Shown here: one piece after another, positions 10,560-19,460 of the stretch
How the letters are laid out: each line of letters begins with the position of its first letter
Position numbering within the stretch: position 1 is the first letter of the stretch
From: an uncultured Alistipes sp.
GTDB taxonomy: Bacteria; Bacteroidota; Bacteroidia; Bacteroidales; Rikenellaceae
Direction: 5' to 3'
Length of the DNA stretch: 64,000 nt
Assembly (NCBI GenBank): GCA_947629705.1
Contig: CANREN010000002.1
Span: 15,514 to 79,513, forward strand
Made by a program: the position numbers and the translations under genes
The notes under the pieces: generated by a model
The model's input: the letters and a program-made list of their open reading frames with translations, nothing else
Database searches by the model: none
Told to the model about the DNA's origin: nothing

Positions 10560-10641
10560 TCTATTGCGGAATTATCTGCTTTTACCTTGTGAACATTTGC
10601 GCTTCATCGCTCCAACCAATGTCGGCAGCTCCACGCGTTCT

Positions 10642-10650
10642 CCCCCCCCC
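10642..10650 (-). repeat. G9 homopolymer upstream of the acyltransferase start
   Basis: Nine C on the plus strand, 83-91 nt upstream of the ATG at 10559 on the minus strand. Confidence 0.9.
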
Positions 10651-10832
10651 GTTTCTTCAAGATGTACTACAAAAGTCAACATTTATTTCTGAAAATACAA
10701 GTTTTTTAGTAAATTTAATGAAGGAGACCGTGCCGGAGTATCATGCAGAGAAAGCAGAGAAGGCAGACAAGCCATAGTCCCGACAAATTGCATTATGTCC
10801 CGATTCCCTGCCTTTTTCTCGCGAATTTTCCG

Positions 10833-10840
10833 TATATTTG
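10833..10840 (+). promoter_or_regulatory. -7 box TATATTTG for the glycoside-hydrolase operon
   Basis: Exact TAnnTTTG match 38 nt upstream of ATG 10878. Confidence 0.5.
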
Positions 10841-10877
10841 TTGAGATGAATTGAAACCGACCGAATCGCTTGCCTAA

Positions 10878-12119
10878 ATGACCATGAAACGACTTCGCTT
10901 CTGCACGTTCGCCTTGCTGCTGGCCGCTATCCTGCCGGCGGCAGGGGCCGAAACCGTGAAAACCACCGGTCCGACGGAGCCCACCGCCGCAACCGAAACG
11001 GCCGCCGCCGAACAAAAATCACAAAAATCCTATGCCCGCCGATTCGCCGATTCGGAAAGGCGGCGTTTCCCCGAAGCCTGGCAATTAGATCATGGGAGAC
11101 GTCTCTTTTTCGGCTATGCGCAGGGCGTCGGATGCTGCGCCATGCTTCGCATGTGGAAAACGACGGGCGACCGCACCTATTTCGATTATGTGGAGCGATG
11201 GGCCGACAGCCTCGTGGACGAGGAGGGGAATATCCATCTATACGACCGCGCCGCCTACAACCTCGATTTTATTAATTCGGGGAAAGTGCTGTTCGACTGC
11301 TACCGCGAGACCGGCAAGGAGAAGTATCGCAAGGCGATGGACGTGCTCCTCCGCCAGCTGAAACTGCAACCTCGCACCTGCGACGGCGGCTACTGGCACA
11401 AACTGATCTACCAGCATCAGATGTGGTTGGACGGCCTCTACATGGCCTCGCCGTTCCTCTCGCAATTCGGCGCGGAGTTCGACCGGCCCGACTGCATCGA
11501 CGAAGCCGTCCGACAAATCAAGCTCTGCCACAAGCACACCTACGACGCCTCAACGGGGCTCTATCACCATGCGTGGGACGAGAGCCGCTCGCAGCGATGG
11601 GCCGATCCCGAAACGGGTCATTCGCCCAATTTCTGGGGGCGCAGCATCGGCTGGTGGTTCATGGCATTGGTGGACAACCTGGATTTCATTCCGTCCGGCC
11701 ACCCCGATCGGGCCTTCGTCGTCTCGCTCGTGCAGGGGCTCGCAGACGCACTGCCCAAATACCAGCGCGACGGGCTGTGGTACCAGGTCATCGACTGCCC
11801 CGAACGCGAGGGAAACTATCCGGAGGCTTCGGTAACATCGCAGCTCATGTACGCTTACGCCAAGGCCGTCAACAAGGGGCTCATCGACGCCTCTTATCGA
11901 CAATATGCCGAGAAGGCTTTCGACGGCCTCCGCAAGCAGCTGTTGGTCGAAAATGCCGACGGCACGCTGACGCTCACCCGCTGCTGCGCCGTGGGCGGAT
12001 TAGGCGGAAATCCCTACCGCGACGGCAGTTTCGAATACTATATAGGCGAACGCATCCGCGAGAACGACGCCAAAGCTACGGGGCCGTTCATCATGGGGTG
12101 CATCGAATTGGGAAAATAA
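10878..12119 (+). CDS. Glycoside hydrolase family 88/105-like (unsaturated uronyl hydrolase type)
   Basis: 413-aa ORF with a signal peptide. The segment NFWGRSIGWWFMALVD and its size resemble the six-hairpin GH88/GH105 fold. Family assignment is from remembered motifs only. Confidence 0.65.
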   Translation: MTMKRLRFCTFALLLAAILPAAGAETVKTTGPTEPTAATETAAAEQKSQKSYARRFADSERRRFPEAWQLDHGRRLFFGYAQGVGCCAMLRMWKTTGDRTYFDYVERWADSLVDEEGNIHLYDRAAYNLDFINSGKVLFDCYRETGKEKYRKAMDVLLRQLKLQPRTCDGGYWHKLIYQHQMWLDGLYMASPFLSQFGAEFDRPDCIDEAVRQIKLCHKHTYDASTGLYHHAWDESRSQRWADPETGHSPNFWGRSIGWWFMALVDNLDFIPSGHPDRAFVVSLVQGLADALPKYQRDGLWYQVIDCPEREGNYPEASVTSQLMYAYAKAVNKGLIDASYRQYAEKAFDGLRKQLLVENADGTLTLTRCCAVGGLGGNPYRDGSFEYYIGERIRENDAKATGPFIMGCIELGK

Positions 12120-12158
12120 CGAGCCCTGCAACGCCCCCTGCCTTAATCCGTTCGAACC

Positions 12159-15100
12159 ATGAAACGCACGCGTTTATTAATCGCATTGTCGATAATCGGC
12201 GGCTCCGGCGAGCTGTCATCGGCCGTCGCGCTGGCCCAAAGCGTAAAACCGGCCGCCGTCAACGAAGACTATTCGTGGAACCTGCCGTCCGATGTGCCGC
12301 GTACGCTGCGGTATCGTCCCGTCGGGAACGGCGTCGAGATCACCGACGGCACGCGACGGTTCAATCGGGCCCTTTACGGCGCCCACACAGGTTTCCGCAT
12401 GGAGTGCAGCGACCGGCCCGAGTTCGGTCTCTACCTGCCACGCATGGGCGGCAACCTGCAATTCGGGATCGACTACGGCCACTGCACGGCCCGCTACGAA
12501 GCGGGGCGGATGAGCTATCGGTTGGACGACCGGCTGACGATCGAAGCGCAGGTGCTGCGGTCGGAAGATGCGGCGCTGTGGCGGATCGAAAACACGGGCA
12601 CCCGTCCGGAACGGATCGACCTCGCTTTCGGCGGCGTGGCCGATAAAAAATTCTATCGCGAGGGCGACCTCGGGGTGGACAAACCCGACTGCTTCGATTT
12701 CAAACCCGAATACTGCAAAGGGAACCGCTACTGCGTCGACGGTTCTCGGGTTACGGTGGAATACGGCGTCAAACAGCGGGCACTGCTTCATCTGACGCTC
12801 CCCGCCGACCGGATTACGATCACCGACTATCCGTCGTTGCAAGCCACGTTCACGCTCGCCCCGAAAGAGGTGCGCTATTTGGCCGTCTATCCCGATGCGA
12901 CACAGGCCGACTGCACGACCGACCGAGCCTTGGCCGATCGCTTCGCCGAGGCCGAAGCCCAACGCGCCAACCTTGCGCAAGCGCTCTGCATCCGCACGCC
13001 CGATCCCTATATCACCCCGATCGGCGAGGCCCTTGCGCTGGCCGCCGACGGCATCTGGAGCGGCGAAGCCTGGCTGCACGGCGCTGTCGGCTGGCGCACT
13101 CCCTACAGCGGATGGCGCGGCGCCTATGCGGGCGATGCGTTGGGGTGGCACGACCGCGCCCGCAAACATTTCGACACCTATGCGGCCAATCAGATCACGG
13201 AGATACCGCCCGTACTGACCCATCCGCGGCAAGATTCGGCGCTTAATCTGGCACGGGCCGAAAAGCGGTGGGGCACGCCGATGTACAGCAACGGCTACAT
13301 TACCCGCCGCCCGGGCAAGAAGGATGAAATGTCGCACTACGACATGAATCTGTGCTATATCGACGAATTGTTGCGCCACCTCGCCTGGACGGGCGACAAG
13401 GCGTATGCCCGCACGATCTTCCCCGTCATCGAACGGCATTTGGCCTGGGAAAAGCGCAACTGCGACCCCGACAGCGATCATCTCTACGATGCCTATTGCT
13501 GTATCTGGGCCAGCGATGCGCTCTACTACACGGCCGGCGCCGTAACCCATTCGTCGGCCTATAACTATTATGCGAACCTCCAGGCGGCACGAATCGCCGA
13601 ACTGATCGGCCGCGACCCGACCCCCTATCGCGAGGAGGCCGAAGCCATCCTGATGGCCATGAACACGGTGCTGTGGATGAACGATCGCGGCCATTGGGCC
13701 GAATACCGCGACTTCATGGGCCACAAACGCCTGCATCCCGATGCGGCCGTCTGGACGATCTATCACGCCATCGACTCGGAGACGGCCGACCCGTTCCAGG
13801 CCTATGCGGCGACCCGTTACGTCGATACCGAAATCCCCCATATCCCCGTTGCGGCGGAAGGATTGGAGGGGGATTACGCCATGATCTCCACGACCGACTG
13901 GAAACCCTATTCGTGGAGCATCAACAACGTGGCCATCGCCGAAGTGATGCACACGGCATTAGCCTACTGGCAGGCGGGCCGTCCGGAAGAGGCGTTCCGA
14001 TTGATGAAAAGCACGGCATTGGACAACATGTATATGGGCGCCTCGCCGCTCAATTTCGGCCAGATCAGCCATTACGATGCGGCCCGCGGCGAATGTTACC
14101 GAGATTTCGGCGATCCGATCGGCGTTTGGAGCCGTGCGATGGTCGAAGGGCTGTACGGCATCCGGCCCGATGCCCTTCACGGACGCATTACGCTGCACCC
14201 GGGATTCCCCGCAGCATGGAACGAAGCCGAAATCTCGATGAAGGACATCGCCTATACGTTCCGTCGGAACGGGAACCGCGACACCTATCGCATCGAGCAA
14301 CGTTTCGCCGAACCGCTCGCCGTTCGGTTGGAAGTGGCGGCTCGCGGCAAGGTCGATCGTGTAACGATCAATGGCGAACCGGCCCGATGGAGCGCGGTCG
14401 AACCCTCCATCGATCATGCCGTCATCGCCATCGAGGCGGGCACCGGCCGTCGGGCGACGGTGGAGATCGTATGGGGCGACTTTCCGACAATCCGTCCCAC
14501 GGGAGCCGAAAAATGCGTAGGCCCCACCTGTTTCCGCGAAGTCGCAACCGGTTCGCTGCGCTGGTGGCGTCCCGAAGAGCTCCCGCACCTCGCAGGGACA
14601 CCCCGAGCTGAAACGCCCGTGCCGACGGCAGGATTCGATGATATCGCTCCCGAGCAATGCGAGCCGATCCCGATGGATTACAACGCCTCAGTCGGCGACA
14701 TTTTCAAGAACCGCTACCTCTCGCCCCGACCGCCCTACACGACCCTGCAACTGCCATCGCAAGGGATCGGCGAATGGTGCCACCCGACGCAGACGGCTGA
14801 AATCGACGACAGCGGTCTGCGGGCGCTCGTCGATGCGGAGGGCCTGCTACACACCTCGCTCGGCATCGCGTTCCGCACGCCGCAGCGGGGAGCGAACATT
14901 CGCTACACCTCGCTGTGGGACAACTATCCGGACACGGCTTCGGTGCCGCTGCACGGCCGAGCCTCGCACGCCTATCTGATGATGGCGGGCTCGACGAACC
15001 ACATGCAATACAAGATCGCGAACGGGGTCGTCCGCATCCGCTACAAGGACGGCACGGAACAAGCGGTCGAATTGGTCAATCCGACGACGTGGGTACCCAT

Positions 15101-15374
15101 CGAACAGGACATCTATTACGATTGCGGAGCGTTCCGGCCGGTCGCAGGCAGCGTGCCGCCCTATCGCATCCACTTCGGCTCGGGACGCATCAGCCGCCGG
15201 TTAGGCGATGAATTGGGCATCGAAGGCGTTTACGGCCGTCTGATCGACGGCGGTGCCGGCTTGCTGCTGGATATTCCGCTCGACCCGACCCGCGAACTCG
15301 ACCGGCTGGAACTGGAAACTTTATCGAACGACGTGGTGATCGGCCTGATGGCCGTAACCCTCCAAAGGAAATAA
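12159..15374 (+). CDS. Large secreted protein of unknown function, probable glycoside hydrolase (six-hairpin-like central region)
   Basis: 1071-aa ORF with a signal peptide (LIALSIIGG...ALAQS). It sits within 39 nt and 5 nt of the flanking GH genes. The Trp/Tyr-rich central region (WSGEAWLHGAVGWRTPYSGWRGAYAGDALGWHD) is reminiscent of (alpha/alpha)6 glycosidases. I recognise no characterised family. Confidence 0.55.
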   Translation: MKRTRLLIALSIIGGSGELSSAVALAQSVKPAAVNEDYSWNLPSDVPRTLRYRPVGNGVEITDGTRRFNRALYGAHTGFRMECSDRPEFGLYLPRMGGNLQFGIDYGHCTARYEAGRMSYRLDDRLTIEAQVLRSEDAALWRIENTGTRPERIDLAFGGVADKKFYREGDLGVDKPDCFDFKPEYCKGNRYCVDGSRVTVEYGVKQRALLHLTLPADRITITDYPSLQATFTLAPKEVRYLAVYPDATQADCTTDRALADRFAEAEAQRANLAQALCIRTPDPYITPIGEALALAADGIWSGEAWLHGAVGWRTPYSGWRGAYAGDALGWHDRARKHFDTYAANQITEIPPVLTHPRQDSALNLARAEKRWGTPMYSNGYITRRPGKKDEMSHYDMNLCYIDELLRHLAWTGDKAYARTIFPVIERHLAWEKRNCDPDSDHLYDAYCCIWASDALYYTAGAVTHSSAYNYYANLQAARIAELIGRDPTPYREEAEAILMAMNTVLWMNDRGHWAEYRDFMGHKRLHPDAAVWTIYHAIDSETADPFQAYAATRYVDTEIPHIPVAAEGLEGDYAMISTTDWKPYSWSINNVAIAEVMHTALAYWQAGRPEEAFRLMKSTALDNMYMGASPLNFGQISHYDAARGECYRDFGDPIGVWSRAMVEGLYGIRPDALHGRITLHPGFPAAWNEAEISMKDIAYTFRRNGNRDTYRIEQRFAEPLAVRLEVAARGKVDRVTINGEPARWSAVEPSIDHAVIAIEAGTGRRATVEIVWGDFPTIRPTGAEKCVGPTCFREVATGSLRWWRPEELPHLAGTPRAETPVPTAGFDDIAPEQCEPIPMDYNASVGDIFKNRYLSPRPPYTTLQLPSQGIGEWCHPTQTAEIDDSGLRALVDAEGLLHTSLGIAFRTPQRGANIRYTSLWDNYPDTASVPLHGRASHAYLMMAGSTNHMQYKIANGVVRIRYKDGTEQAVELVNPTTWVPIEQDIYYDCGAFRPVAGSVPPYRIHFGSGRISRRLGDELGIEGVYGRLIDGGAGLLLDIPLDPTRELDRLELETLSNDVVIGLMAVTLQRK

Positions 15375-15379
15375 GACCT

Positions 15380-18286
15380 ATGAATCTGAATTTCAAACAT
15401 ATCGTGCTTTCGCTCGCGACTGCGGCTACCCTTCTTTCGACCGGTGCGGCCTGCGCCGCCCGGCGTTCGGAGGCCGCGCAGTTGGCCGACCGGCAGCCGG
15501 AAGCCCGCGGGCCGCGTCCCGAACACAAACCTTATGTCCGTTGGTGGTGGTTGGGCAGCGCCGTCGACCGCGAAGGATTGGACTACAACCTCTCGGAGTT
15601 CGCCCGCAAAGGCATCGGCGGGGTCGAAATCACCCCGATCTACGGCGTCAAAGGAAACGAAGCCAACGACTTGGAGTTCCTTTCGCCCGCATGGATGGAC
15701 GCCTATCGCTACACGGTCGAACGGGGTGCGGAATTAGGCATCCAGGTCGACATGAGCAACTGCACGGGCTGGCCTTTCGGCGGGCCGTGGGTTTCGACGG
15801 ACGAAAGCGCCCAGAAATACATCCTCGAAAAACGGACGCTTCGGGGCGGCGAACGGCTGACCGAGCCCCTGCGTCCGACCGATGCCAAACAACGAAAGGT
15901 GGCGACGCTCGAAGCGCTGCAAGCCGTCAGCGACAAAGGCAAACGGATCGATCTGACCGCGCGGGTGAATGCCGACGGCCAGCTCGACTGGCAGGCTCCC
16001 GCCGGTGAATGGACGCTCTATGCGCTCTATGCGGGGCGCACGTTCCAGATGGTGAAACGCGCCGCGCCGGGCGGCGTCGGCTATGTGCTGAACCACTACA
16101 ACCGCGATGCCGTAGAACACTATTTGGCCCGTTTCGACGAAGCCTTCGCCTCCTCGGACGCCCCGTGGCCGGACACCTTCTTCAACGATTCGTTCGAGGT
16201 CTACGGCGCCAGCTGGGACAAGACGCTGCTGGCGGAGTTCGAACACGACCACGGCTACCGGCTGCAGGACTATCTGCCCGAATTCGCCGCCGAGGGAGCC
16301 GACGATCGTTCGTCCCGCATCGTGCGCGACTACCGGCAGACGCTGGCCGATATGCTGCTGCGCAACTTCACGACCGTATGGGCGGACTGGGCCCATTCGC
16401 ACGGCTGCCGCGTCCGCAACCAGGCGCACGGTTCGCCGGGCAATATCTTCGATTTCTATGCGGCGGTCGACATTCCCGAATGCGAATCGTTCGGCCGCAC
16501 GGAGTTCGACATTCCGGGCCTGCGCCACGATCCCGATGCCAAACACAGCGATGCCGATCCCGCGGTGCTGAAATTCGCTTCGTCGGCCGCCCACGTCATG
16601 GGCAAACCGCTGACCTCGTGCGAGACGCTGACGTGGCTTACCGAACATTTCCGCACCTCGTTAGCCGGCTGCAAGCCCGAAATCGACCAGATTCTGGCCT
16701 CGGGCGTGAACCATGTCTACTTCCACGGCGCCCCCTACTCGCCCCACAATGCGCCCTTCCCCGGATGGCTCTTCTACGCCTCCATCAACCTGTCGCCCAC
16801 GGCCCCGCTCTGGCGCGATGCCGGCGCCATGCTCGAATACATCGGCCGCTGCCAATCCTTCCTGCAAGAGGGCCGGCCCGACAATGAACTGCTGCTCTAC
16901 ATTCCGATGGAGGACATCAGCGACTCGCAACGCGGCAGCAACCTGCTGCTCTTCGATATCCACAAGATGGATCGAACCATGCCCGAACTGAAACGGACGA
17001 TGAACGCGCTCGTGCGCAACGGATACGAAGCCGATTACATTTCGGATCGCTATCTGGCCGGTGCGCGGGTCGAAAACGGCTCGATCGTAACCCAGGGCGG
17101 CACCCGCTATAAGGCGATCGTCCTGCCGAACTGCCGGTTGATGCCGGTCGAAACGCTCGAAAAGCTGCTCTCGATAGCGAACGACGGCGCAACGGTCGTC
17201 TTTACGGAGCGTTATCCCGAAGATGTCCCCGGATTCGGCAAACTCGAAGCCCGCCGCCGCACATTTAATCAATTCGCCGGACGGCTGCCTGCCGCCGACT
17301 TCTCGCGCATCGAAATCCACTCCTGCGGAGCGGGCCGGATCATCACGGGAAGCGACCTGAACGAATTGGCGGAAACGGCAGGCGCACGATACGAGCCGCT
17401 CAAAAAGGCGGGATGCCAGCTGACCCGCCGCCGAACGAACGACGGATATCGGTATTTCATCGCCCTGCTGAACGGTAAAACGATCGACGGCACGGTGGAA
17501 TTGGGCATCGAAGCCGACCGGATCATCGTAACCGATCCGCTGACCGGACGTCGGGGCATCGCCGATTCCCGCAAGACGGCGCACGGCACGACGGAGGTCG
17601 CGCTGCAACTGCAGCCCGGGCAATCGCTGCTGTTGGAGAGCGGTTCGCAACCGGCCGCCGCCCCGCTTCCGGAATGGGCCTGCTACGAAGCCGCCGGACC
17701 CCCCGTTTCGGGCCACGGCTGGCAGATCGATTTTCCGCAATCGCAGCCTGCGGTAACCCGGCGGTTCGCCATCGCCGAGCCCCATTCGTGGACGAAGCTC
17801 GTTCCGCTGCCCGAAGCGGCCGCGGAAAACGCTGCGGCACAAGGCGACGCACGCTCGTCGGAAACGGGACAAGCCCTCGCCGACCTTGTACGGCTCTGCG
17901 GCACCGGACGCTATACGGCGACCTTCACCGTGGCGGATCCCCGCACAGCCGATGCGTGGCTGCTTCGGTTGGGCGAAGTCCACGAATCGGCCCGCGTTCG
18001 GGTCAATGGCCACGAAGCCGGCACGGCGTGGTCGGTACCGTTCGAACTCGATATTACGAAGTGGCTCGCGGCGGGCGACAACCGCATCGAAATCGAAGTA
18101 ACGAACCTCCCGGCCAATCGAATCGCCGATCTCGACCGGCGCGGCGTGGAATGGCGCATCTTCAAGGATGCCAATATCGTCAGCTCCACCGACGGCCGAC
18201 TGCTCGACACCTCGGAATGGCCGGTCGAACCGGCCGGATTGGGCGGTGCCGTAAGGCTCTGTCCGGTCAAAGCGAAGACGCACTGA
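15380..18286 (+). CDS. GH106-like alpha-L-rhamnosidase candidate
   Basis: 968-aa ORF with a signal peptide. The N-terminal pattern KPYVRWWWLGSAVD...GIGGVEITPIYG matches what I recall for GH106-type enzymes. Confidence 0.55.
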   Translation: MNLNFKHIVLSLATAATLLSTGAACAARRSEAAQLADRQPEARGPRPEHKPYVRWWWLGSAVDREGLDYNLSEFARKGIGGVEITPIYGVKGNEANDLEFLSPAWMDAYRYTVERGAELGIQVDMSNCTGWPFGGPWVSTDESAQKYILEKRTLRGGERLTEPLRPTDAKQRKVATLEALQAVSDKGKRIDLTARVNADGQLDWQAPAGEWTLYALYAGRTFQMVKRAAPGGVGYVLNHYNRDAVEHYLARFDEAFASSDAPWPDTFFNDSFEVYGASWDKTLLAEFEHDHGYRLQDYLPEFAAEGADDRSSRIVRDYRQTLADMLLRNFTTVWADWAHSHGCRVRNQAHGSPGNIFDFYAAVDIPECESFGRTEFDIPGLRHDPDAKHSDADPAVLKFASSAAHVMGKPLTSCETLTWLTEHFRTSLAGCKPEIDQILASGVNHVYFHGAPYSPHNAPFPGWLFYASINLSPTAPLWRDAGAMLEYIGRCQSFLQEGRPDNELLLYIPMEDISDSQRGSNLLLFDIHKMDRTMPELKRTMNALVRNGYEADYISDRYLAGARVENGSIVTQGGTRYKAIVLPNCRLMPVETLEKLLSIANDGATVVFTERYPEDVPGFGKLEARRRTFNQFAGRLPAADFSRIEIHSCGAGRIITGSDLNELAETAGARYEPLKKAGCQLTRRRTNDGYRYFIALLNGKTIDGTVELGIEADRIIVTDPLTGRRGIADSRKTAHGTTEVALQLQPGQSLLLESGSQPAAAPLPEWACYEAAGPPVSGHGWQIDFPQSQPAVTRRFAIAEPHSWTKLVPLPEAAAENAAAQGDARSSETGQALADLVRLCGTGRYTATFTVADPRTADAWLLRLGEVHESARVRVNGHEAGTAWSVPFELDITKWLAAGDNRIEIEVTNLPANRIADLDRRGVEWRIFKDANIVSSTDGRLLDTSEWPVEPAGLGGAVRLCPVKAKTH

Positions 18287-18320
18287 ACCGATCGACTCAA
18301 AACGACTAACTTATAAGACC

Positions 18321-19451
18321 ATGAAAAAACTGCTCATCGGCCTGCTCACGCTGGCCATCGCCGCAACCACGACGGCGCAGGAAATCCCCTCGCAGCGCGA
18401 AACGCTCGCCGCCATGCTGCGGGTCAACGACTACTTCATGAAAAAATATGCCGACCCCACGGCCGTCATGCCCTACTTCTCGCGCAAGAAGACCTACGAA
18501 TCGAATATCTGGACGCGCAGCGTCTACTACGAAGGATTGATGGCCCTCTACTCCGTCTATCCCGACAACCGCTACTACAACTATGCCTACGACTGGGCCG
18601 AGTTTCACAAGTGGGGAATGCGTCAGGACAACACGACGACCCGCAACGCCGACAACTACTGCTGCTCGCAGACCTATATCGACCTCTATAATCTGACCCC
18701 CGAGCCGAAGATGCTGACGAAGACCATCGCCTGCATGAACATGCTCGTCAATACGCCGCAGGTCGACGACTGGACGTGGATCGACGCCATCCAGATGGGA
18801 ATGCCCGTATTGGTCAAATTGGGCAAACTGAAAAACGATCCGCGCTACTACGAGAAAGCGTGGGAAATGTACGCCTGGTCGCGCAATACGCTGGCCGGCG
18901 GTCTCTACAATCCGAAAGAGGGATTCTGGTGGCGCGACAAGGATTTCGTTCCCCCCTACAAGTCGCCCAACGGAAAAAACTGCTACTGGTCGCGCGGCAA
19001 CGGCTGGGTCGCTGCCGCACTGGTGCGCGTGCTGCAAGACCTTCCGGCGGATGATCCGCATCGGGCCGCCTATGCAGCCGATTTGCAGGCGATATGCAAG
19101 GCCGCCAAAGCCTGCCAGCGCGCCGACGGATTCTGGAACGTGAATCTGCTCGACGAATCCGATTTCGGCGGCAAGGAGACGACCGGCACGGCGCTCTTCG
19201 TCTACGGCATGGCCTGGGGCATCAACAACGGCGTGCTCGACCGCAAGGAGTATCTGCCGGCCGCGATCAAGGGCTGGAACGCGATGGTCAAGGAGGCCGT
19301 CCACGAAAACGGATTCCTGGGCTATGTGCAGGGCACGGGGAAAGAGCCGAAAGACGGCCAGCCGGTCGCTTACGATTCGGTGCCCGATTTCGAGGATTAC
19401 GGTACGGGCTGCTTCCTGCTGGCCGGCTCCGAAGTCTACAAATTGCAGTAA
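18321..19451 (+). CDS. Glycoside hydrolase family 105 (unsaturated rhamnogalacturonyl hydrolase-like)
   Basis: 376-aa ORF with a signal peptide and a YWSRGNGWVAAAL motif typical of YteR/YesR-type GH105. Confidence 0.7.
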   Translation: MKKLLIGLLTLAIAATTTAQEIPSQRETLAAMLRVNDYFMKKYADPTAVMPYFSRKKTYESNIWTRSVYYEGLMALYSVYPDNRYYNYAYDWAEFHKWGMRQDNTTTRNADNYCCSQTYIDLYNLTPEPKMLTKTIACMNMLVNTPQVDDWTWIDAIQMGMPVLVKLGKLKNDPRYYEKAWEMYAWSRNTLAGGLYNPKEGFWWRDKDFVPPYKSPNGKNCYWSRGNGWVAAALVRVLQDLPADDPHRAAYAADLQAICKAAKACQRADGFWNVNLLDESDFGGKETTGTALFVYGMAWGINNGVLDRKEYLPAAIKGWNAMVKEAVHENGFLGYVQGTGKEPKDGQPVAYDSVPDFEDYGTGCFLLAGSEVYKLQ

Positions 19452-19460
19452 AAAGAAGCC

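Noticed and set aside
12216-13952. 578-aa ORF antisense to the 1071-aa gene. Similar long antisense or out-of-frame ORFs occur at 18306-19856, 20598-21806, 35805-37346 and 54916-56703.
   Set aside because: These are Arg/Gly/Ala/Pro-rich low-complexity translations lying entirely within better-supported genes on the opposite strand. They are typical shadow ORFs of GC-rich DNA, with no independent starts, promoters or motifs.
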